Source of the DNA: Candidatus Latescibacterota bacterium
Lineage (GTDB): Bacteria; Latescibacterota; UBA2968; UBA8231
Length of the DNA stretch: 64,000 nucleotides
Direction of reading: 5' to 3'
Assembly: GCA_965208105.1 (NCBI GenBank)
Contig: OZ242318.1
Location: 1,600,001-1,664,000, forward strand
A program made the translations under genes and the position numbers. Below are positions 37,879-46,255 of the stretch, piece by piece (within the stretch, counting starts at the first letter, position 1; each line of letters begins with the position of its first letter). The notes under the pieces are model-generated. The model did no database searches. It worked only from the letters and a program-made list of their open reading frames with translations, and had not been told where the DNA came from.

Positions 37879-39387
37879 CTACATTGCCGTCGAGAACATT
37901 TGAGCCCGCGCCAACTGGAACCGCAGCGAGAGGTTCCGGCCCTCGAGCGCCGACAGGTCGCTCCTGCCTCGCCAGGTCACCGTTCCGGCGACGTGGTCCC
38001 CTTCCAGCACGTCGCAGTCTTCCACCCCGAAACCTTCGATCTCCTCCAGCGGCGAAGCTGGTGTGGTCGGCCGGTGCGCCAGCCCCACCTTGATCCAGCC
38101 GCCCTGCTGGGTGCGGAAGTTGAGCCGCAGTTCCACCCCCCTGCAGAGGCGCTCCACGGTGGAGAAGCGCCCTTCGGTGGCGACCTCGAGCGCGACCAGG
38201 CGATCCGGCTGCCACAATGCCCAGCGGTACTCGCTCATGGGTTTTTCGGCGGTTGACAGGAAGGCGCCCCCGCCGTCGTGGCGCTGGAAATGACACAGCA
38301 CCGGAAGCCCCCATTCGTCGCCGACAGGGACCAGATTGGGGCTGGCGTAGAGGGCGCCGTACTCCTCGCCGTGGATCTGGCGCCCGACCACGGGACGGCG
38401 CTCGGGCCGATTCCACAGCCAGCCGTCGCGGCTGCTGGCTATCTGGATGTCCAGGGTCGAGGAGAGGCGGTGATAGATGGTGGGAAACATCAGGTGGCGA
38501 CGGCTGCCCGGACAGCGGCAGTAGCAGGGTGTGTAGATGTCCTCGTCCGGGGCGTCGTGGGCATCGACGGTGAGCACCAGGCGGGTGGGATGCCAGTTGC
38601 CGAATTCGGCACCCCCGGTGCGCCGCACCGAGCGCCGGCGCTCCAGGTTGCCGCGCAGATAGGCCACGTACTCGCCGGTGTCCTCGTCGAAAGCCGCGAT
38701 GTTCTGGGTGTCGAGCTGGGTGTGCCCCGCGTCGTAGACCGGCTCTTCCAGCACTGTCCAGCGCAACCCGTCCGGGGACACGGCGCCGCGCAGAATGTGC
38801 CGAATATCGGCTTCCGCATCGATCTGCTCCGGGGTGTAGCCGTTGAGCTCCATGGCGCGGCGCACCTCGCGGATTTCCAGCTTGGTCTGGCGCTGGTTGG
38901 GCACGGGCTGGCCGTGCCGGTAGAGCTGGCCGCGGGACTCGATGGCCTTGTAGCGCGCTTCCGGCGCTGCGGTCGGATCGCGGAAGATGGAGTGGATGTC
39001 GAAGGTCCGGTGGTCCTGGATGATATTGTTGGCCGTCGATCCCTGGTACTCGTAGAGACCCAGATCGGGGAAGTCCCAGTTGAAGCCATCGGCACTCTCG
39101 GCGTAGCGGTTGAAGGAGCCCGATTCCTCCTGCGAGCTGCGCTGGTCGTACCACAGGCGCAGCCGGCCATCTTCGTGCAGCACCATCATGTGGCTCAGGT
39201 TGTTCTTATCCCAGGGGGGATCCGGCCGCATGAACACCTCGGACATGCGCGCCGGTTGCACCTTGAGGGCGATGCCCTGCGGCGGGTCCTGGAGCCAGGC
39301 TCGACCTTTCTCGTCGCGGCCGGCCTGCCCCGGCCAGATGCCGAACCAATCGAGGAACGGCTGAGGTACCAAAGACGTTGCGCTCAT
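37879..39387 (-). CDS. Uncharacterised beta-propeller glycoside-hydrolase-like protein (paralog of 7347..8939)
   Basis: EDGRLRLWY, YAESADGFNW, SPDGLRW, DTQN, SSRDGWLWNRP, ELRLNF..GGWIKV. Confidence 0.55.
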   Translation of the reverse strand: MSATSLVPQPFLDWFGIWPGQAGRDEKGRAWLQDPPQGIALKVQPARMSEVFMRPDPPWDKNNLSHMMVLHEDGRLRLWYDQRSSQEESGSFNRYAESADGFNWDFPDLGLYEYQGSTANNIIQDHRTFDIHSIFRDPTAAPEARYKAIESRGQLYRHGQPVPNQRQTKLEIREVRRAMELNGYTPEQIDAEADIRHILRGAVSPDGLRWTVLEEPVYDAGHTQLDTQNIAAFDEDTGEYVAYLRGNLERRRSVRRTGGAEFGNWHPTRLVLTVDAHDAPDEDIYTPCYCRCPGSRRHLMFPTIYHRLSSTLDIQIASSRDGWLWNRPERRPVVGRQIHGEEYGALYASPNLVPVGDEWGLPVLCHFQRHDGGGAFLSTAEKPMSEYRWALWQPDRLVALEVATEGRFSTVERLCRGVELRLNFRTQQGGWIKVGLAHRPTTPASPLEEIEGFGVEDCDVLEGDHVAGTVTWRGRSDLSALEGRNLSLRFQLARAQMFSTAM

Positions 39388-39502
39388 TTGGGGCTCCTTT
39401 TCAGCATGTGATGAGGTATCCACCAAACCGGGTCAACTTCATCCTGTACATTTACACCAATCTGGTCCCTTGACGAGAAAGAGTGAAAACCAACCACCTC
39501 AT

Positions 39503-39538
39503 GGGTGAAAATCACCCACGTCAAGGGTGATTTTCACC
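39503..39538. promoter_or_regulatory. Double palindromic operator-like element
   Basis: Perfect 14-bp inverted repeat GGTGAAAATCACCC-N7-GGGTGATTTTCACC. Each arm is itself GGTGA-N3-TCACC. The spacer holds a minus-strand TTGACG. Confidence 0.6.
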
Positions 39539-39592
39539 TGATGAGGTATAGAGCCCGCGGCCATGAGGCCATAAATCGCCGCAGCAACTGGG

Positions 39593-41491
39593 CTATTTTG
39601 GCCGGAGGCCGCTGCGCACCAGGGATTCCCAGCAGAGCAGTGGCGCTTCATCGAGCAGCGCCGCGACCGCCGCCTGCAGGTCCCCGGGGGCTTCGCCAGC
39701 GGGACCCAGATGGGCGAGACGGCTCAGGGCGTCCATTGCAAAGCCGACGCAGATGATGTTCTCGTCGCTGCGGACGACCTCCTCCAATGCTCGCACGGCC
39801 GGCTCCAGCGCGGACCCGGTAATCGCGGTGCCGTGGGAACAGAGGATGACCATGGACCACAGCGCGTTCTCGCGCACCGCCGAGCGCACCGGCTTGAAGC
39901 GCTCGAGGCCGAAATCGACGCCGCCGCCCTCGCACACGTCGCATTCATCGGTGGGACGCACGAACTTGATGCTCCGGCCTTGCGCCAGGTCCATTGCCGG
40001 CCGGTTCTCCTCGCGGCCCAGACTCTGCACCAGGGCTTGGAGGCAGGAGGGAATCAGCTCCCGGCCGGTCCCGGTGGCCAGCGCGCGGCGGCCGAGGCAG
40101 CCCAGGGTGCCGGCGGCGACGGCGCGGACATACACCGAGGGGTCCGCGCTCAGGCGTTTCACGACCGTCTGCAGAACCTCGTCGTCGAGGGGACTGGCGT
40201 CTCCCAGGCCGTACACCCCCGCCTTGCGGACCCATTTGACCGCTGAATCAGCCGCCTCGAGAAAGGTTGCGGTGGCCTCCGGACCGACGGCAACCAGCCC
40301 ATAGGTGGCCGCCCGCCTCACACTCTCCCGCTCGTTGCGGAGGGCCTCGCCGAGCAGCCGCAGCGCCAGGACCGGATCGCCGATGGAGGCCAGCCTGTAG
40401 GCGGCGCCGACGCGGGCCGGCTCCGCCTCCTCGCCCTTGGCGAGCAGCCGGTTGAACAGGCGGCCGGCCTCGGCTTCCCGGTCCGCGGAGGACAGGGCGG
40501 CGGACTCGGGACGCGGTGGCGGCGTTCCCCCCGTCCGCATCCAGTGGTTGTGGTAGCGCCAGACCGCGGTGACGTCGCCGCCGGCGGCGGACCGGTCAAT
40601 GCTGGTCAGCGGGTCCTCCCCAAGCCCGTTCCAGTCCACCTCTTGGGGCGCTCCATCGCCGCCGCCGGGACCGGTGGTGCGATAGATCCAGAAGCGCCAC
40701 ATGAAGCGCGGGTTGTCCTCCCAGGTGCGCCAGTCGTCGCGGCGGTGGTTGCCTCGGTGAAACATGTTGTGGGAGTACAGCACGATGCTGCCGGCGCGCA
40801 GCGGGGCGGCTTCGAACGGCTGCACCAGCGGCCAGCCCAGGTCGGCGACCGCCTCCTGCATGCGCAGGTCGTGGGCGGTGCGGCGATGGACGACATCCCC
40901 GGTGTCGTAGGGGGAATCGGGGCCGCTGACCACCTGGCCTTCCATGCCGCTGATCTGGTAGCGGAAATCGAGGTGATCGGACCCGGCGAAGTTGTCGTGG
41001 TTCTCCTCGTGGTTGAAGGTCCAGTATTGCGAGTAGGGCAGGGTCGCCGTCGGGCCCATTTCCCCGCGCACCGCCTGGGGATAGTAGAGCATTTCGATCT
41101 GCACCGCCTGGTGGTGGCGCTGTTTGCGGCTGTTGTAGGGGCCGTTGTCGTCCTTGTGCCAGTGCTGGTCGCGGGCGCCGCTGGCGAAGGTGGCGTTGTG
41201 GGTGAAGGGCACGATGGCCCAGTTCTCCCCGGCCAGTTGATTGCAGGCGGCGACCACGCCGGGGGCGCTGATCACCTCGAGCACTTCCGCAACCAGCCCG
41301 GGTGTGACGAACTCGCCGGCCGCCACCGCCTGTTTTTCGCGCTGGTGGATGCGATCGTGGATCTCCGCCGGGATGCCCAGGCTTTCCGGAGGGAGGACGA
41401 CCATTCCGCGGCTGGCGAAATCCCGCACCAGGTGCTCGGGGGCGCTGTAGGCCAGCGGAGGCGAGGCGGAGGAGAGCTCATTGGCGTTCAT
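39593..41491 (-). CDS. PhyH-like dioxygenase fused to HEAT/PBS-lyase repeats
   Basis: HWHKDD, YYPQ....MGPT, FHRG; C-terminal ESVRRAATYGL, KWVRKAGVYGLG, VYVRAVAAGTLG. Confidence 0.75.
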   Translation of the reverse strand: MNANELSSASPPLAYSAPEHLVRDFASRGMVVLPPESLGIPAEIHDRIHQREKQAVAAGEFVTPGLVAEVLEVISAPGVVAACNQLAGENWAIVPFTHNATFASGARDQHWHKDDNGPYNSRKQRHHQAVQIEMLYYPQAVRGEMGPTATLPYSQYWTFNHEENHDNFAGSDHLDFRYQISGMEGQVVSGPDSPYDTGDVVHRRTAHDLRMQEAVADLGWPLVQPFEAAPLRAGSIVLYSHNMFHRGNHRRDDWRTWEDNPRFMWRFWIYRTTGPGGGDGAPQEVDWNGLGEDPLTSIDRSAAGGDVTAVWRYHNHWMRTGGTPPPRPESAALSSADREAEAGRLFNRLLAKGEEAEPARVGAAYRLASIGDPVLALRLLGEALRNERESVRRAATYGLVAVGPEATATFLEAADSAVKWVRKAGVYGLGDASPLDDEVLQTVVKRLSADPSVYVRAVAAGTLGCLGRRALATGTGRELIPSCLQALVQSLGREENRPAMDLAQGRSIKFVRPTDECDVCEGGGVDFGLERFKPVRSAVRENALWSMVILCSHGTAITGSALEPAVRALEEVVRSDENIICVGFAMDALSRLAHLGPAGEAPGDLQAAVAALLDEAPLLCWESLVRSGLRPK

Positions 41492-41801
41492 GGCGGTTCA
41501 ATCTCCGTGCTGTTTCCGGCTCCGTTCATTTTGCCCTGGCATTATGTAGTCGAAAAAACTCGGAGTAACAACCCGGAACGAGCTTTCGGGATACCCCTTG
41601 CGCCAAGGTCCTGAACCAGGTCAATTGTTCCCCGGGCATATGAAATCCGGTTACCTCACTGACCGAATTAAGCTTAAATGAGTAAGTTTTCAAGTTTCGA
41701 ATCTCTAAAATTCATCCCGATTATTGTCCGGTTGATTAACTTCTGCACAGTTTATCGACGGCCATGCTCGTTTCCATCCTTGAAATAAGGTGACCAGGTT
41801 C

Positions 41802-42173
41802 ATGATTGAGAAAATTGCCACATCCGCAGTCTACGTGACCGATCAGGTGACAGCCATCCGCTTTTGGGCGGAACAGGTGGGATTCGAGGTCCGGAGAGAT
41901 CATCCCATGGGCCCCGAAGCCAGGTGGGTTGAAATGGCCCCGCCAGACGCAGACTCCTGTATCGTCATTTACCCGAAAAGAATGATGGAAGATTGGGCTG
42001 AACGGAAGCCTTCAATCGTATTCGAATGTGAAGATATTGCAGGAACCTACGAGTCGATGGCCGCACGAGGCGTGGAATTCTCCCGGGAGCCGGAAGAGAT
42101 GCCCTGGGGCAAGTTCGCCATCTTCATGGACCCGGAAGGGAACTGGTACGGCTTGCGGGAGAGGGCGAGATGA
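41802..42173 (+). CDS. VOC/glyoxalase family protein
   Basis: VYVTDQ..A.RFW...GFE, RWVE, RGVEF...PEEMPWGKFAIFMDPEGN. Confidence 0.9.
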   Translation: MIEKIATSAVYVTDQVTAIRFWAEQVGFEVRRDHPMGPEARWVEMAPPDADSCIVIYPKRMMEDWAERKPSIVFECEDIAGTYESMAARGVEFSREPEEMPWGKFAIFMDPEGNWYGLRERAR

Positions 42174-42237
42174 GTTTCCCCGCTGGGGACCCCCCGGCCT
42201 GTGCCCTCGCTCGAAGGCTTACACTCGTGCGCAGGAA

Positions 42238-45120
42238 CTAGATCAGCCGGCCATACTCGGTGAAGCCGATCAGCCCGCGCACGAAGAAGGTCCACCCTTC
42301 GTAGTTCTTGTAGCGCTGAAAGAGATCGTCGAAGTCCACCTCGTTGCGGTTTACCCCGAAGATGGTGTGCAGATCATAGCCGAAGTAGCGCGAGCGGTTG
42401 GCCAGGGTCACGAAGGTGGAGCGCTGCTCGAAGTTCTCCCGCCGCAGGGTCCGGTTGTTGACCCGGTAGGGCAGCGGACCCCACCCCTGGGTCCCCGCCT
42501 GCAGCACCGTCCGGCTCATCAGCGGGTATCTCATTTTGAAGATGGGAATGATCCGGTGCTCGCCATGCAGGACGCGGCCGGCCTCGTGGTCGTTCTGGCG
42601 CAACAGCACCACCTTGAACTGGGGCGTAACCGTCAGCCTGCCCCAGCTCCAGTTGTAGTCAATGCGGCTCACCACGGTCCAGAGATCCAGGCGTCGCCGG
42701 CGCTGGAACCGGTCGTTGGGCAGGCGGCCTCCCTGCTGCCAGTTGAGCCGCAGGCGCAGCTTCTGCACCAGGTTCAGCGTCGACCAGGGATGCAGGCGGC
42801 CCTCCAGGTATGTCTCGTTGACGAAGCTGTCCTGGTATGACAGCAGGTCCGGCTGCCGGCTCCTCCTCCTGCTTTTGAATGGGTCCGCAATATCGTCCTG
42901 CACGCGGCGGAGGCCGGTCTCGAAGAAGAGCCGCCGCAGCCGCCCGATCCCTTCCCTGCGGTAGCTCACCAGGGCATAGAGAGAGCGGTTCCTGCCGCCG
43001 CTGGCGATCCCCTCGACGGCGTAACGCCCCAGCGCCACCGACCCGTGCCGGCCCAGGCCGGCCTGCCCGAAGAGATGGAAGCCGCGCTGGTCCGTATCGT
43101 AGGGGTGGTCCGCGTCCCAATCGTCCTCGCGGTGGTCGGGCTCGTCGTTGTGGTTGCGGTCCAGGCCGTAGACGTACTCGTTGGGCTCCACCTCGTACAT
43201 CATGAAGAGCTCCTCGTAGTCGGGGACTCCATTGGCGTTGCGGTCCGTGTCCACGATCCCGTCCCTGTCCTCGTCCTCGCCGGGGTAGGTCCCGTCCCTA
43301 TCCCCCCCCGATCCTCCGGGGCTGCCGAGAATATTGCCCAGGGAGAAATCGGGGTAGCGGTCCCCGTCCTCGTTGTCCTGCACCAGCCTCCAGATGGCGG
43401 TGTGGTTGAACAACCCCAGGAAAGGACTGGTGCCGCGGCTGGCGCTGTAGCTGTATTCCTTGTACAGGTAGGTCTCCATCTCGGTGGTGAAGTCCGGGTG
43501 CATGGAAAAGTACTCCGCGCCCACCCGGCCCCCTCCGAAGCGGTGCAGCGCATTGACGAAGTATGCCGAGCCCCGGCGCCCGAAGCGTGGGCTCTCATCG
43601 AGCAGAGGTCTCCGCTCCAGGCGCGCCGGGTAGCGCCCGTACACGGCAGAGCGAGCGTACTCGGCGCTCAGCTCCAGCCACCTCAACACCAGGTTCGCGT
43701 CTGCGCTGGAGGTGAAGATGGCCGTGTTCTCGCCCACCTGGAAGCGCACACGTCCGAGATTGGATCCATCCTCCACCCGTCCCCGCGCCCGCAGGGCCCG
43801 ACGGTAGAATGTGCTGCTGAAGCGCTGCTCGAATTTCGCTGCGGTCTCGTTGCCCTCGTTCAGATAGAGGCCGGCCCAGTCCACCCGGTAGTCGTTGCCG
43901 ACGATCGCTTCGACCGCAACGGACTCGACGTAGGGTTCCCCTCCCAGATCGAACAGATAGACCAGCTCCTCTTCTCCATCGGCATGCAGGATGGCCAGCG
44001 GATCTTCGAGCTCGAAGTTCGCCAGCAGACCCTCCAGGTGAGTTTCCTTGCCCACGTCGGCGCCCGCGGCGTTCTCCAGCAGATAGAGGTAGTCCGCGAA
44101 AAGCGGAATCTCCCGGCCGTAGTAGTAGTTGCGCGGACCGCTGATACCGTTGTAGAAGAGCGGAAGAAATTCCCCCGACGAAAGGGTGCGCCCCACCTGC
44201 GAGGGGACGCCCGCCCGGTGCCGGACCACCTGCGGCTGCAGGTCGGGCCGCTCCCGCCCGTTGAGGATCAGCCGCACCTCCTGCACCACCGCTCCGCCTC
44301 TGCCATCTTCCGGCGCGTCATCGGCAAACCGCACCAGGATCCACTCGTACAGGGGCTGATCAAGGCGCAGCTTGCCCTTGATGCTGTTATTGGGCTCGGT
44401 GCTGTGGTAGGAATGCAGGTTCACGCCGTTCAGGCCCAGGCGCAGGGCCCCCAGGTCGGCCTGGACGCGGCCTCCCGCCAGCAGAGTGGAATGCTCGGCC
44501 TCCACCTGCCCCGCGTTTTCGGAGGGCATGGACGATTCCCTGTTGGGCCTGGAAATGCGCGACCCCAGGGCGGTGAACTTCAGGTACGGGGTGGAAAGGT
44601 CCAGACGCAGTCCGTTGAGGTCGGTCTTCGACAGGGTCAGCGGCGACAGGTGGGCTATCAGCCCGTCGCCGACGATGGCGCTGTAGCCCCAACCGCCGTA
44701 GCCGTCGCTCGCCACCGCCATGTTCATGAACACCTGGTGCCACCCCGACCAGTCCTTGAAGAGCTCGCTGCCATGCCTCTGCTCCTGTTGACGCCGCTCG
44801 ATCCAGGTGAACAGGTCGAAGCCGGTGGTCAGGTAGTCCCCCAGGGGGCTCCAAAGGGTCTGGGCCCGGTCGACGCCGATGGCGAAGTTCCCGCCGAGCA
44901 GCGACCCCATGGTGCGCACGGTCCAGCTGTGCTCGGGATAGTTGGTGAATGGATTGAAGGCGAAGTTGCGGTAGGGAGGACGCTCGTGGCGCAGAAAAGA
45001 CCGTGTCTCCAGCGCCCCGGCAAGTGCCAGCCGGGGTGGCTCCTCAGCCACTGCCGGCGTCCATGGGACCAGGCAGAAGATCAGGAGGGGGAGGCGAGAC
45101 CAGCTCCGGCCCTTCAGCAT
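42238..45120 (-). CDS. Large secreted/outer-membrane hypothetical protein with DxDxDG Ca-binding-like repeats (paralog of 56424..59429)
   Basis: Signal peptide; amphipathic beta-strand pattern; DNEDGDRYPD, DEDRDGIVD, DRNANGVPD, DRNHNDEPD. Confidence 0.7.
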   Translation of the reverse strand: MLKGRSWSRLPLLIFCLVPWTPAVAEEPPRLALAGALETRSFLRHERPPYRNFAFNPFTNYPEHSWTVRTMGSLLGGNFAIGVDRAQTLWSPLGDYLTTGFDLFTWIERRQQEQRHGSELFKDWSGWHQVFMNMAVASDGYGGWGYSAIVGDGLIAHLSPLTLSKTDLNGLRLDLSTPYLKFTALGSRISRPNRESSMPSENAGQVEAEHSTLLAGGRVQADLGALRLGLNGVNLHSYHSTEPNNSIKGKLRLDQPLYEWILVRFADDAPEDGRGGAVVQEVRLILNGRERPDLQPQVVRHRAGVPSQVGRTLSSGEFLPLFYNGISGPRNYYYGREIPLFADYLYLLENAAGADVGKETHLEGLLANFELEDPLAILHADGEEELVYLFDLGGEPYVESVAVEAIVGNDYRVDWAGLYLNEGNETAAKFEQRFSSTFYRRALRARGRVEDGSNLGRVRFQVGENTAIFTSSADANLVLRWLELSAEYARSAVYGRYPARLERRPLLDESPRFGRRGSAYFVNALHRFGGGRVGAEYFSMHPDFTTEMETYLYKEYSYSASRGTSPFLGLFNHTAIWRLVQDNEDGDRYPDFSLGNILGSPGGSGGDRDGTYPGEDEDRDGIVDTDRNANGVPDYEELFMMYEVEPNEYVYGLDRNHNDEPDHREDDWDADHPYDTDQRGFHLFGQAGLGRHGSVALGRYAVEGIASGGRNRSLYALVSYRREGIGRLRRLFFETGLRRVQDDIADPFKSRRRSRQPDLLSYQDSFVNETYLEGRLHPWSTLNLVQKLRLRLNWQQGGRLPNDRFQRRRRLDLWTVVSRIDYNWSWGRLTVTPQFKVVLLRQNDHEAGRVLHGEHRIIPIFKMRYPLMSRTVLQAGTQGWGPLPYRVNNRTLRRENFEQRSTFVTLANRSRYFGYDLHTIFGVNRNEVDFDDLFQRYKNYEGWTFFVRGLIGFTEYGRLI

Positions 45121-45209
45121 ATCGTCACCTGTTCATCGGGTGTGCCGCCGGCAGAGCCGCATTCCTGAACGAAGGACCATGGCACCAGGCGGGGCGAGCC
45201 CGATCCCGT

Positions 45210-45869
45210 TCAGGGCTTGCGCGCCAATATGGTCCAATGCCAGGCACCCGGGTATACCTGCCCTGCCAGGGTTTGCTCCTCTTCCCGCAGCCTTACGACT
45301 TTCCAGCCGGCGAGCAATCGCTGTACCTCCTCGCCGTCGGAGTAGTGATGCTCGTGGCCACCATCGCCTTTTTCGGGATTGACGAAGGTATAGGGCTCGA
45401 CCTCGGTCCCCTTGCCGCACCATTCGTTGCGGGTGCTGTTGAGAGTAATGAACAACAGTCCGGTCTTCCTCAGCACCCGGTGAATCTCCCGGAGAGCGGA
45501 CTCCATGTCACCGAGGGTGGCGTGATAGATCACGTTGTAGCACAGGACGAAGTCGAACTCCTCGTCGCCGAAGGGCAACTGCAGCATGTCGCCCTGCCTT
45601 ATGTCCGCCTCGAGGCTCTGGGATTTCAGCCATCTGCTGCAATGCCGGAAACCACTGGCGGCAGGCTCGATCCCGGAGGTTGCGAACCCTTCGCCGGCAA
45701 AAAGGACCACGTGCCGCCCCAGGCCGAAGCCCAGGTCCAGGACGCGGGACCTTTTCTCCTTGCGGAGCCTGGGAATGAGGCCCCGCACTTCATCGTCCGC
45801 CACGCTCCAGGACCTCAGGGAATCGCTCTTCTTCCAAAGTGACTCGAAATCCCTATCGTCGTCACCCAA
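45210..45869 (-). CDS. Class I SAM-dependent methyltransferase
   Basis: VLDLGFGLGRH, GDMLQLPF.DEEFD, EIHRVLRKTG. Confidence 0.88.
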   Translation of the reverse strand: MGDDDRDFESLWKKSDSLRSWSVADDEVRGLIPRLRKEKRSRVLDLGFGLGRHVVLFAGEGFATSGIEPAASGFRHCSRWLKSQSLEADIRQGDMLQLPFGDEEFDFVLCYNVIYHATLGDMESALREIHRVLRKTGLLFITLNSTRNEWCGKGTEVEPYTFVNPEKGDGGHEHHYSDGEEVQRLLAGWKVVRLREEEQTLAGQVYPGAWHWTILARKP

Positions 45870-46255
45870 GGAATAATCCTCTCTCGTTCAGGATGAATGA
45901 ACCCGCCCACTCCCCCGGGATCGGGCGGATCACAGCTACAGGCAGCCCAGCTCAAAGCGCGGGGTGAAGATTTCCCCGCATTATTCACACGCGCCCCATC
46001 CGCCCGTTGCCGCTGCATATAAATAGCAAAAAGATGGGGGCAACGTGGGCAAGCGGCTCCCATCTCTCTCTGCCATAAAATATAAACAATCTTCTCGCCC
46101 GGGTCAAGTAAAATTTACTTAAACCCAATAAAAATAGAATGATAGGAAATTTTTTACTTGACAGATTTCCGCCCTCCGGTATTTTTTCAGGCACCAGTCC
46201 CTCGTCCATGGACATCTGGGAACCGCAGTTGTATCACCTGCCGTGGAGGGAACCC

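Noticed and set aside
41492-41801. AT-rich patches here and at 45990..46170 as insertion scars
   Set aside because: Both lie between divergent genes and fit ordinary promoter regions; no terminal repeats seen.
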